Source: an uncultured Acidobacteriota bacterium (GTDB taxonomy: Bacteria > Acidobacteriota > Thermoanaerobaculia > Multivoradales > UBA5704). Taken from it: a stretch of 64,000 bases of DNA. Each line of letters starts with the position of its first letter. The first letter of the stretch is position 1. Of this stretch, positions 39,700-49,400 are shown piece after piece. The notes under the pieces were generated by a model, which searched no databases, was not told where the DNA came from, and was given only the letters and a program-made list of their open reading frames with translations. Made by a program: the position numbers and the translations under genes. The DNA lies in assembly GCA_963770895.1 (NCBI GenBank), contig CAVYRF010000001.1:1472001-1536000 (forward strand). Direction: 5' to 3'.

Positions 39700-42168
39700 T
39701 CAAAAGTTGAACTGCAGGTTGGCAAGCGGCCGCCCGGTCGCGCTCTCGCGATCTGCCGTGGTGGCGATCGGCACGTCGCCCAGCAGGATGCCCGGCTCGC
39801 GCGCGGCCGCCGCCAGGACCGCCAGCAGCGCCTGGCCGAGCGCATCGCCGCCGTGGGGCGCCGCGTCGCCGCGCTCCAGGATGCGCAGCAGCAGGCCGCC
39901 GGCGCACTCCTGTACCCGCAGGATCAGCTCGACGTCCCGATAGGCCGGTACGGCGAAGCGCTCAGGCCCGTCCGCACCGCCCTCGCCATCCTGCAAAGTG
40001 AAGAGGCCCGGCGCCTCCGGCGGCGGCGGCGGGACCTCGACGTAACCGACCGCAAACACTGGACGCGCCTTCAGCGCGCCGGGGATCCGCAGGGTGGCGC
40101 CGAATAGGCTGGCGGCGAAGCGGCGGTGGGGCGCGGCGGCCTCCAGCCTGGCGCGCACCGCATGCGCCAGCTCGCGAAAGGCGGTGCGCTCGCTCGCCGC
40201 CAGGCGCACGGGGAACGGCTGCCCGCCGTCGCTCGCCACGATCACCGCCAGGTCGGTACGGCCGTCGAGCCGCAGCAGCGCGGCGGCGAGCGCGGCGAGC
40301 AGCAGGCTGCCCCGCTCGACACCGCAGCCGCGTGCCAGCGCATCCAGACGCGGCCGTGCCAGGTCGAGCGGCGAGCCCGAGCTCCAGGAGGCGTCCACTT
40401 CGTCCGGCCCGGCCGCCGCCATGGTGCCGCCGCGCCCTACCGAGAGCGGCGTGGCGAACTCGTCGCGCCAGTAGCGTTCGGCCTGGCGGAACGTCTCCGC
40501 GGACAGCGGCTGTCCCTGGTCGTGCGCCCCCGCCGCCCGGTCCCCCTCGGCCGCCGGGCGGTCGAACTGGCAGGAGCGGCGCAGCGCTTCGATGAGGAGC
40601 GGCGAGCCTTCGCCGCGCACCGGCTGCAGCACCTGTTCGCGCACCACCGCGTTCCAGCTGCCGAGGAAGGTATCGATCTGGTCGAACGACATGCCGCGGT
40701 TCTGCAGCAGGAACAGCGACACGAAGTTGAAGCCCGGATCGGGCACCCACTGTGGCCGATCGAAGCGGAAGAAGCAGCTTTCCACCAGATCGCAGGCGGT
40801 GCTCACGTCCATGGTGTCGTGCGACCAGGAGAAGTGATAGCCGCGGATGCCGTAGCGATCGCGCTCGTTCCAGATGGGCGTCACCGGGTCGCAGTACCAG
40901 ATCAGCGGGCGGTAGAAGTCGGGTCTGGTCTCCTCCAGGAAGTCGATGGTTTCCAGGGCGCTGGCGTAGGTTTCGCCGGGGAAGCCGAAGAAGAGGGACG
41001 CGAAGACCTTGATCCCCGCCGCCTTGAAAAGCGGAATGACCGAGAGGTAGTGCCGCTTGCGCGGCGTTTTGTGCATATTGACCAGCATCTGGTCGTTGGC
41101 CGATTCGAGGCCGAGGAACACCCCCTGGCAGCCGGCCTGCGCCATCAGCTGGACGAGCTCCTCGTCGCAGAAGTCGGCGCGGAAGAAGCAGTGCCAGCGA
41201 AAGCCGTAGCGCTGGCGGATCATCATGCGCATCATCTCTTTGAAGGTCTGCAGCGGCACGTTCGCCGTGTCGTCCACGAAGAACAGGCCGGTCACCGTGC
41301 CGACGTCGCGGATGGCGTTGAGCTCGCGCTCGATGTATTCGAGCTTCGAGACGTCGTACTTTTCGGTGCGCAGCGGAAACGAACAGAACGAGCAGGTGAA
41401 CGGACATCCTTTGGTGATGCGCACATTGACGTAGCTGCCCACCATGTCGGGCGGGAACAGCGAGTAGTCGATGAGGTTTTCGTACAGCGAGTTGAACTCG
41501 CGCTCGCTGGTGGTCAGCAGGAAGCGATCGCCCTGCCGATAGGCGATATTGGGGATGGCGGCGAAGTTGCGGTCTCCCTTGAGCGCCAGCAGGAGGCGCG
41601 CCAGCGCCTGCTCGCCCTCGCGGCTGCGCACGTAGAAGTCGGCGTCGATGTACCTGAACACCGCCTGCAGGTCGCTCTCCTCCATCGATTCGGAGCGCTT
41701 GGCGATGTAAGGTCCGCCCACCACGATGTGGGTGTCGGGGCTGTGCTCGCGCAAGAAGTTGACGACTTCCAGGATCGGTGCGTCGTAGTTGTAGATGGTG
41801 GTGGTGACCACCGCGGTCAGGTAGCGCCTGGTGCGCAGCTTTTCGCGCAGCTCGTCCTTTTGCAGTTGGAACAGGTTGATGTAGTCGAAGCTGAAGCCGC
41901 GCCGCGCCAGATAGGTCCCCAGGTACATCACCACCATCCACAGCACCTCGGTGTTGTGGAACTTGCGGCGAATGTCGAGCCCCGGCCGGCCCTCGAAGTG
42001 GAAGTGATCCAGGATGTCCATCGCCCGCCAGGGCCGGCCCTGGTACTGGATGTAGTTGAGGCTGAGGTCGCGATAGTCGGGATGGCCGGCGCCCATGGCG
42101 CGCATCATGTCGACTTCCTGCGCGAACTCGCTATCGTTGTAGCCGATGATGAGGCAGTCGGTGAGCAT
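39700..42168 (-). CDS. PhpK-family radical SAM (B12-type methyltransferase-like) fused to a half condensation domain
   Basis: TDCLIIGYND start, YLGTYLARRG, IVVGGPY, GCPFTCSFC, GVFLGLES, GFPGET; C-terminal YWRDEF..LLAAL..PFPVRL..FRELA. Confidence 0.85.
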   Translation of the reverse strand: MLTDCLIIGYNDSEFAQEVDMMRAMGAGHPDYRDLSLNYIQYQGRPWRAMDILDHFHFEGRPGLDIRRKFHNTEVLWMVVMYLGTYLARRGFSFDYINLFQLQKDELREKLRTRRYLTAVVTTTIYNYDAPILEVVNFLREHSPDTHIVVGGPYIAKRSESMEESDLQAVFRYIDADFYVRSREGEQALARLLLALKGDRNFAAIPNIAYRQGDRFLLTTSEREFNSLYENLIDYSLFPPDMVGSYVNVRITKGCPFTCSFCSFPLRTEKYDVSKLEYIERELNAIRDVGTVTGLFFVDDTANVPLQTFKEMMRMMIRQRYGFRWHCFFRADFCDEELVQLMAQAGCQGVFLGLESANDQMLVNMHKTPRKRHYLSVIPLFKAAGIKVFASLFFGFPGETYASALETIDFLEETRPDFYRPLIWYCDPVTPIWNERDRYGIRGYHFSWSHDTMDVSTACDLVESCFFRFDRPQWVPDPGFNFVSLFLLQNRGMSFDQIDTFLGSWNAVVREQVLQPVRGEGSPLLIEALRRSCQFDRPAAEGDRAAGAHDQGQPLSAETFRQAERYWRDEFATPLSVGRGGTMAAAGPDEVDASWSSGSPLDLARPRLDALARGCGVERGSLLLAALAAALLRLDGRTDLAVIVASDGGQPFPVRLAASERTAFRELAHAVRARLEAAAPHRRFAASLFGATLRIPGALKARPVFAVGYVEVPPPPPEAPGLFTLQDGEGGADGPERFAVPAYRDVELILRVQECAGGLLLRILERGDAAPHGGDALGQALLAVLAAAAREPGILLGDVPIATTADRESATGRPLANLQFNF

Positions 42169-42250
42169 GGCTGGGGCTCCCACGGCGGATGGGACCTGCT
42201 GGCCCGAGGTTCCCATGTATAAGTGCAACCCGCAGTGCGCCGGCCGCCGG

Positions 42251-43177
42251 TCAGACCTTGCGCGCCACGATCTGGAACGAGTCCGTCGGATTCACGCATT
42301 CGCCCGGCGTCGGCGTGCGATGGAATGTCGTTTTGCCGAAACCGTCGAACAGCCGCGCGATCTCCTCCTCGCCGCTCAGCATGTGTCGGGTGTGGACGCT
42401 GGCGAACTGGCGGAACAGCTCGAGCAGGCTGTCGCGGCCGCCGTCCGGGTGCTGCGGGAAGTGGTCGCCGTGCCCGGCCAGCAGCCGCTCGGCGCGCTCG
42501 GCATAGCCGCTGCGCAGCTCGGGGGTGGTGGCGCCGCCGATCATCGCGGTGGTGACCAGGGTGCCGCCCGGCTTGAGCAGCTCCCGCCAGCGCTTGACGA
42601 TCGTCGGCTTGTCCGCCGCCTTGATGACGGTCAGGAACTCGTCGGTGACGATGAGGTCGTAGGCGCCCAGCGGCAGGTCATCGGTGAGCAGGTTGGCGCG
42701 GGCACACTCGACCTGGAAGCCATGCCGGTCGGCATACCATTGGCAGGCGCGCAGCGGGGTGCGACAGATATCGTAGATCTCGATCCGTGGGGCGGCGTCC
42801 ACCTCGACCATCGCGGCGTACAGGGTGGCCAGCATGCCGTAGTCCGCCGCCGCCGAGATCAGCACCCGGCTGTGCGGGGCGCGGCGCAGCACCGCCGTGA
42901 GCGCCTCCTGGTAGAACTCGTACCAGGGTGGCGTCGCCACCATGTTGAGCAGGCGCAGGTACTGCCACGTGCCGTGATACCAGCTGCAGCTGATGTCCGG
43001 CAGGGCCTTGGCTTCCTGGTGTGTCTTGGCCCACTCTTCCATCCCGCCGGTCTCCTTGGCGCCGCAGTGCTGGGCTGCCCACGCCTCCATCAGCGGGGCC
43101 GATTCGATCAAGAGCTCGCGGTTGAACGGATCCAGCTCGTACAGGCGGATGGCAGGAGCGGTGGCTGTCGATGGCAT
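42251..43177 (-). CDS. Class I SAM-dependent methyltransferase-like protein
   Basis: GGAGG RBS; RVLISAAADYG, IYDIC, YDLIVTD, LKPGG motifs. Confidence 0.75.
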   Translation of the reverse strand: MPSTATAPAIRLYELDPFNRELLIESAPLMEAWAAQHCGAKETGGMEEWAKTHQEAKALPDISCSWYHGTWQYLRLLNMVATPPWYEFYQEALTAVLRRAPHSRVLISAAADYGMLATLYAAMVEVDAAPRIEIYDICRTPLRACQWYADRHGFQVECARANLLTDDLPLGAYDLIVTDEFLTVIKAADKPTIVKRWRELLKPGGTLVTTAMIGGATTPELRSGYAERAERLLAGHGDHFPQHPDGGRDSLLELFRQFASVHTRHMLSGEEEIARLFDGFGKTTFHRTPTPGECVNPTDSFQIVARKV

Positions 43178-43264
43178 TCGTCTGTCCTCCAAAGGGTTTC
43201 CATAGGGCAGCGGGCTATGGCGCCGGGGCTACGCTCTGCTCACGCCCCTCGCGCGATGCGAAAC

Positions 43265-43345
43265 GCCAGCGTCGCGACAAAATACACCAGATAATTGAAA
43301 ATTGGAATCTTCCAAAATTTTCAACCGGTACTACAATTAAACGCG
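43265..43345. promoter_or_regulatory. AT-rich divergent promoter region
   Basis: AT-rich island between divergently transcribed BGC genes; no precise -10/-35 assigned. Confidence 0.5.
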
Positions 43346-43437
43346 CCGAAAGGGACTGCCTCGGTCCGCGTTCCACGCTCTGCGTCGCGCGCTCGAGGAA
43401 CCGCCCGACGGACCGCCCACGACCCCGAGGAGACCGC

Positions 43438-44199
43438 ATGGCGACAGCGCTCAACCCCGACGCCTTCGTCCGCAAGCAGGACCGGCCCCGAGCCCGCCTG
43501 CGCCTGTTCTGTTTCACCTTCGCGGCATCGAGCGCACAGCTGTTCCACGGCTGGAACGACCACGTTCCCGAATGGATCGAGGTGAGCGGCTGCGAGCTGC
43601 CGGGGCACGGCGGCCGCCTGGCGGAGACACCGGTCTCCAACCAGCACGAAGCGGCGATCGAGATCGCCGATATGTTGGAGCCGGCTATCGATCGCCCCTA
43701 CGCTCTCTTCGGCCACTGCCTGGGCGCCGCCCAGGCATACGAGGCGACCCGCCTGCTGCGCCAGCGCGGCAAAGCGCAGCCGGTGCGCCTGTTCAGCTCC
43801 GGCGCGCGGGGACCCCATCTGGGTATCCCCATCGCCGACGTCGAAAGCATGGACGACGACGTATTCATCGAGCACATGCATCAGGCGTATGCGGCGCCGA
43901 TCGCCTTTTTGCGCCACCCCGAGATGCGGCCGCTCTTCCTGCCCATGGTGCGTGCCGACGCCCGCATGACACAGAACTACCGCTACGTGTCCGGCCCGCC
44001 GGTCGACTACCCGGTGACCGCGGTGGCGGGCGAGACCGACCCCGACGTGCAGATGGAGCACCTGGTCGCTTGGCGCGACCACACCACGGCGCCGGTGACG
44101 GCGCGCATCTACCCCGGGAACCATTTCTTCTTCATCGACAGCGCGCCGCAGCTGCTCGCCGATTTCGCTCGCGAGCTCGCGGCGAGCCTGCCCGGCTGA
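43438..44199 (+). CDS. Type II thioesterase-fold protein with a Cys nucleophile (GHCLG)
   Basis: RLFCF, ELPGHGGR, LFGHCLGA, PGNHFF; GAGGAG RBS. Confidence 0.9.
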   Translation: MATALNPDAFVRKQDRPRARLRLFCFTFAASSAQLFHGWNDHVPEWIEVSGCELPGHGGRLAETPVSNQHEAAIEIADMLEPAIDRPYALFGHCLGAAQAYEATRLLRQRGKAQPVRLFSSGARGPHLGIPIADVESMDDDVFIEHMHQAYAAPIAFLRHPEMRPLFLPMVRADARMTQNYRYVSGPPVDYPVTAVAGETDPDVQMEHLVAWRDHTTAPVTARIYPGNHFFFIDSAPQLLADFARELAASLPG

Positions 44200-44214
44200 C
44201 CGGAAACCTTGCCG

Positions 44215-44682
44215 ATGACGACCGGCCAGAGCCTGCAAGATCTCTACGCCCCCGCCGATCACTGCTTTGGCTGCGGGCCGGCCAACGAGCACGGCCTGCG
44301 CATCAAGAGCTATGTGGACGGCGACGAAGTGGTGGCCGAATGGACCCCCGATCGCCGTCATGAAGCGTTCGACGGCGTGGTCAACGGTGGCGTCATCGGT
44401 GCCCTGTTCGACTGCCACAGCAACTGGACGGCCGCCTGGCATCTGATGCTGCGCCACGGCGGCAGCGAGCCGCCCTGCACGGTCACCGCCGACTACCAGG
44501 TGCATCTGGTGTGGCCCACCTCGTCGCGCGGCCCGCTGCGGTTGCGCGCCTGGGTGGTGGAGTCGCAAGACGAGAGCGCCGTGGTCGAGGCCAGCCTGGA
44601 GGCGGCGGGCCGCACCACCGCCTACTGCCGTGGCACCTTTGTCGCCGTCCGGGAGGGCCATCCCGCCTTTCACCGGCGGTAG
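44215..44682 (+). CDS. PaaI-like hotdog-fold thioesterase
   Basis: CFGCGPANEHGL, GVVNGGVIGALFDCHSNW, TVTA, GTFVAV. Confidence 0.85.
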   Translation: MTTGQSLQDLYAPADHCFGCGPANEHGLRIKSYVDGDEVVAEWTPDRRHEAFDGVVNGGVIGALFDCHSNWTAAWHLMLRHGGSEPPCTVTADYQVHLVWPTSSRGPLRLRAWVVESQDESAVVEASLEAAGRTTAYCRGTFVAVREGHPAFHRR

Positions 44683-44757
44683 GAGCCCCGTGTCCGAGCC
44701 GGCCGACCGCCCCGCCCGCCCCGTGACGGAAGGCGCACCCGGGTCCGGAGTGTGCCG

Positions 44758-46086
44758 ATGAAGAGCCGCGGTATGGCAGCGTTCCTCGCCGTCTGGGCGG
44801 GGCAGGTGGTTTCCTCTCTGGGAACCGGTCTTAGCGGGTTCGCCCTCGGGGTATGGGTATACCAGCGGACGGGCTCGGCGACACGGTTCGCCCTCATTAC
44901 CTTGGTGACGACGCTGCCCGGCATTTTCCTGACACCGATCGCGGGCGCGCTGGTGGACCGCTGGGACCGTCGCCGGGCGATGATCCTGAGCAACGCGGGC
45001 GCGGGGTGCACCACCCTGATCCTCGCGCTCCTGTTCTGGTACGGCCGGCTGGAGCTCTGGCACATCTACCTCCTCCTGGCTCTCGGCTCGGCGTTCGGCA
45101 CCCTTCAGTGGCCGGCCTTTTCCGCGGCAACGACCCTGCTCGTCCCCAAGGAGCACCTCGGGCGCGCCGCCGGCCTGACGCAGGCGGGGGCAGCGGTCTC
45201 CGTGATCCTGGCCCCGGTGCTCGCCGGCGTTCTGGTAGTGAGGATCGGGCTCCAAGGGGTCGTGCTCGTCGACTGCGCGACCTTCGTCGTAGCGCTGGCT
45301 ACTCTCCTGTGCGTCCATGTGCCGCGCGCCGAGGTCACGGCGGAGGGACTGGCGACCCGGGGCTCCCTGCTGCGCGAGGCCGCATCGGGATGGTCGTACA
45401 TCCGCCAGCGGCCGGGCCTCCTGTCGCTGCTGGGTCTGAGCGCCGCGAGCAACTTCAGTGTGGGGATGATGCAGGTCCTGGTGACTCCGATGATCCTCTC
45501 CTTCACCTCGGCCGCCGTGCTGGGCCGCGTGATGTCGGTGGCCGGGGTCGGCATGCTCGCGGGCAGTCTACTGATCAGTGTGTGGGGCGGGCCCTCGCGG
45601 CGGGTTTTGGGCATCCTCGGCTTCATGATGCTCCAGGGCGCCATCCTCTTGGCTGGAGGGCTGTGGCCCAGCGCGATACTCATTGCCGCGGCGGGGTTCG
45701 TGTTCCTGTTCACCGTGCCGATCATCCTCGGCTGCAGCCAGGCCATCTGGCAGTCCAAGGTCGCGCCGGACCTGCAGGGACGGGTGTTCGCGGTGCGCAG
45801 GATGGTGGCCTGGTCGACCCTGCCGCTGAGCTACCTCATCACCGGGCCTCTGACGGACCGCGTCTTCGAGCCGCTGCTCGCGGTGAACGGCCCTCTCGCG
45901 GGCAGCGTCGGACGGCTCATCGGAGTGGGGAAGGGGCGTGGGAGCGCCCTTCTCCTCATCCTCCTCGGGGTACTCGTCATGGTGACGGCCGCGGCGTTCT
46001 CCCGGTACTCCCGGCTGCGGCAGCTCGAGTCGGAGCTGCCGGACGTACTACCGGAAACGTGGCTGGAACCGGCGTCGCAGACATAA
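44758..46086 (+). CDS. MFS transporter (macrolide-efflux/DHA3-like)
   Basis: Multiple TM helices; AGALVDRWDRR and DLQGRVFA. Confidence 0.92.
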   Translation: MKSRGMAAFLAVWAGQVVSSLGTGLSGFALGVWVYQRTGSATRFALITLVTTLPGIFLTPIAGALVDRWDRRRAMILSNAGAGCTTLILALLFWYGRLELWHIYLLLALGSAFGTLQWPAFSAATTLLVPKEHLGRAAGLTQAGAAVSVILAPVLAGVLVVRIGLQGVVLVDCATFVVALATLLCVHVPRAEVTAEGLATRGSLLREAASGWSYIRQRPGLLSLLGLSAASNFSVGMMQVLVTPMILSFTSAAVLGRVMSVAGVGMLAGSLLISVWGGPSRRVLGILGFMMLQGAILLAGGLWPSAILIAAAGFVFLFTVPIILGCSQAIWQSKVAPDLQGRVFAVRRMVAWSTLPLSYLITGPLTDRVFEPLLAVNGPLAGSVGRLIGVGKGRGSALLLILLGVLVMVTAAAFSRYSRLRQLESELPDVLPETWLEPASQT

Positions 46087-46249
46087 ATAGAAGGTTGAAC
46101 GTCATGCATGTTAAGACGACAATTTACAGGATTTCAAGTTATGCAGGACCGTAATACACTGTGTCTAGCCGTCGGCTACAAGCGGCGGGCTCAACGCCTG
46201 GGTTGATCCGCGTCGATGGGGCAAGGGGAAGCTGATGCCTTCAGTGAAC

Positions 46250-46363
46250 ATCGACCGCGCCATCGTCGACGCGACTCTCGAAGCCGGAGGCCGGAGGACA
46301 GCTTACTGCCGCGGCACTTTCGTAGCAGTCCAGGAAGGCCATCCCGCCTGTCACGAAGGGTAG
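46250..46363 (+). pseudogene. Diverged remnant of a second PaaI-like gene (C-terminus)
   Basis: DRAIVDATLEAGGRRTAYCRGTFVAVQEGHPACHEG* versus DESAVVEASLEAAGRTTAYCRGTFVAVREGHPAFHRR*. Confidence 0.75.
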
Positions 46364-46427
46364 TCCTTGCCATGCGGCCCAATAGCCTGATTGAAATCTT
46401 TCGAGCCGAGACTCTGGAGAGCTGGTT

Positions 46428-49400
46428 GTGACCGGGCGGCTCAAGGACCTGATCATTCTGCGCGGACGCAACTACTACCCGCAGGATATCGAGCGCACGG
46501 CCGCGCGGGTCCACCCGGCCCTGCGGCCGGACGGCGGAGCGGCCTTTTCGATCGAGCGCGAGGGCACAGCGCGCCTGGTGGTGGCGCAGGAGGTCGAGCA
46601 CGGCCGTGCGGATGTGCCGGATATGGCAGCTCTCGCCGAGGAGGTCCGGCGGATGGTTGCCGACGAGCTCGAGGTCGCGGTCGACGAGGTCGTGCTCCTG
46701 CGTAGCGGGACCCTCCCCAAGACCACCAGCGGCAAGGTCCGGCGCCAGGCTTGCCGGGAGGAGTACCTCGCGGGGAGGCTTTCCGTCGCCGGGCGCAGCG
46801 GGCTCGCCGCCGGCCGGGATCTGCCGGAAGACACCCCCACCAGCTTTGGCGATCTCGGGACGCTCGATCCGGCTGCCATCCGGGCGCTCGTCGCCGCGGA
46901 GGCCGCGCGCGTCCTCGGTCTCGACCCCGGAAGGCTGATGCCGGACCGTCCCCTCGCCGCGCTCGGACTGGACTCGCTGGCCGCTGTCGAGCTCAAGGCG
47001 GGACTGGAAGAGAAATCCGGTGTCTCCTTGTCGCTCACCCGGCTGCTCTCCGGGGCGAGCCTGGCGTCCGTCGCGGCGGAGGTGCTGGCGGGATCGGCGG
47101 TGCCGCGCCAGGTGCCGGAGTTGGAGATCGGGGCTCCTCTCGGCGACCATCCCCTCTCGGCAGGGCAGGAGGCTCTCTGGTTCTCCGACCGGCTGGCTCC
47201 GGAGGCCGCCGCTTACAATGTGGCGACGGCCGTCCACGTCGAGGGGGGGCTCGACCCGGAAGCCCTGGGGCGCTCCCTCCAGGCTCTGGCCGACCGCCAT
47301 CCGGCCCTGCGGACCACTTTCTTCTCTCAGCTCGGCGAGCCGCGCCAGATCGTTCACGAGCGCCTCGCCGTGGATTTCCGCGTCGAGCCATCGGGGTCGA
47401 AGGGGGCGGAGATCCCGCTCGTGGCCGAGGCCTACCGCCCATTCGATCTCGAAAACGAGTCTCTTCTACGGGTCCGGGTCTGGCCTCTGGAGGGTGGCGG
47501 CTGGCTTTTGCTCCTCGTCGTACACCATCTGGTGACCGATTTCTGGTCGCTCGGCCTCTTCGTCCGGGAGCTTGCAGCGCTCTATGGCGAGGCGACCGGC
47601 CAGGGACCGGCGCGGCTCGCACCCCTGCCGCTCGGCTACACCGACTACGTCCGCTGGCAGGGCAATCTTCTTGCCGGGGAGCAAGGTGAGCGGCTCTGGG
47701 AGCACTGGCGCCAACAGCTCTCGGGAGATCTTCCCGTGCTTGAGCTGGTGACGGACCGTCCCCGTCCCGCCGTCCAGACATATATCGGCCTCTCCCGCGG
47801 CCTGCGCCTCGCGCCCGAGCTTGCGGACCGGCTGCGGGCGCTCAGTCTGGCTTCGGGAACGACGCTCTTCGTCACTCTTCTGGCCGGGTTCCAGGCTCTC
47901 CTTGGCCGTTGCACCGGACAGGATGAGGTCGTGATCGGCTCCCCCACGGTGGGCCGGGGCGCCGCGCCCTTCCTGGGGGTGATGGGCTACTTCGTCAACC
48001 CGGTGGCGCTCCGCCTCTCCAGCGCCGGCGATCCTGCCTGGCGCGATCTCCTTTCGTTCGCCAAGGCGGTTTGTCTCGCCGCATTCGAGCACCGGGATCT
48101 CCCCTTTGCCACCTTGGCCGAGCGGCTCCATCCCGAGCGAGACCCCAGCCGTTCCCCGGTTTTCCAGACACTCTTCGCGCTCCAGAAGGCGCAGCGGCCG
48201 GAGGAGAGGGGCCTGGCGGAACTCGCCGCCGGAATAGAGAGGGCTCGGGCCACTCTGTCGGATCTCGAGCTCGTTGCCGTCCCCCTCGAGGAGTGCCGCT
48301 CTCCCTTCGACCTCACGTTGACGGCCGCCGATGCCGAGGCGGGCCTCCCGATCGTCCTGCAAGTCAACCGCGACCTCTTCGATCCCGCTACGGCGGAACG
48401 CCTTCTGCGTGCTCTCGAAAATCTGCTGTACGCCCTGGCTGAGGATCTCGATGCCCGAGTCTCCGCGGCCGAGATGCTCGGGGACGCGGAGCGCCGGCAA
48501 TGCGAGGCCTGGAGCCGCACCACGGTCGAGCTGCCGCGCGGCCTCTGCCTGCCGGACCTCTTCGCCGCGCAGGCGGAGCGCACTCCGGGGCGAGAGGCCC
48601 TCGTCGCCGGCAGTGAGCGTCTCACCTACCGAGAGCTGAGCCGTCGGGTGGAGATCCTGGCGCGGAGGCTTCGCGTCCTCGGCGTCGGACCGGAGAGCCG
48701 GGTCGGGGTTTCCGTCGGCCGATCCGCCGATCTCGTCGTCGCGCTTCTCGCGGTCTTGCGGGCAGGCGGCGCCTACGTGCCGCTCGACCCCGTTCAGCCC
48801 GCCGAGCGGCTCGCCTGGATGCTGCAGGACTCCGGGGCGGAGGTGTTGCTCGTCGAGGAGCGCCTCGCTCCAGGCCTGCTGGCAGCCGGGGTGCCCGCAC
48901 GCTGCCGAATCGTCTTGCTCGACCGCGGCGCGCACCGCAGCAGAGCCCAGCGGGGGATCCAGGGACGGCAAGATCCCATACTGCCCGGAAATCTCGCCTA
49001 CCTGATCTATACCTCGGGATCGACGGGACGGCCGAAGGGAGTGGCGATCGAGCACCGGAGCGCGGTGACGCTCGTACAGTGGGCGCGGCAGGTCTTCACG
49101 GACGCCGAGCTGTCCGGGGTCCTCGCCGCCACCTCGATCGGCTTCGACCTCTCGGTCTTCGAGCTCTTCGTACCTCTTTGCTGGGGTGGCCGGGTGATCC
49201 TGGCCGAGAATGCCCTGGCCCTCCCCGGACTGCCCGCGGCGGGCGAGGTGCGGCTGGTCAACACCGTGCCTTCGGTCCTCGCCGAGCTGGTCCGTGGGGA
49301 GGACGGGCTGGAGCTGCCGGGCTCGGTCACCACGATCAACCTGGCCGGAGAGCCCCTGCCGCGCTCCCTGGTGCGGGCCATCCACGAGAAACACCCGGCG

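Noticed and set aside
39700-42168. Calling the cluster a phosphonate or phosphinate pathway
   Set aside because: No PEP mutase or other C-P pathway gene in the window; PhpK-family membership alone does not fix the substrate
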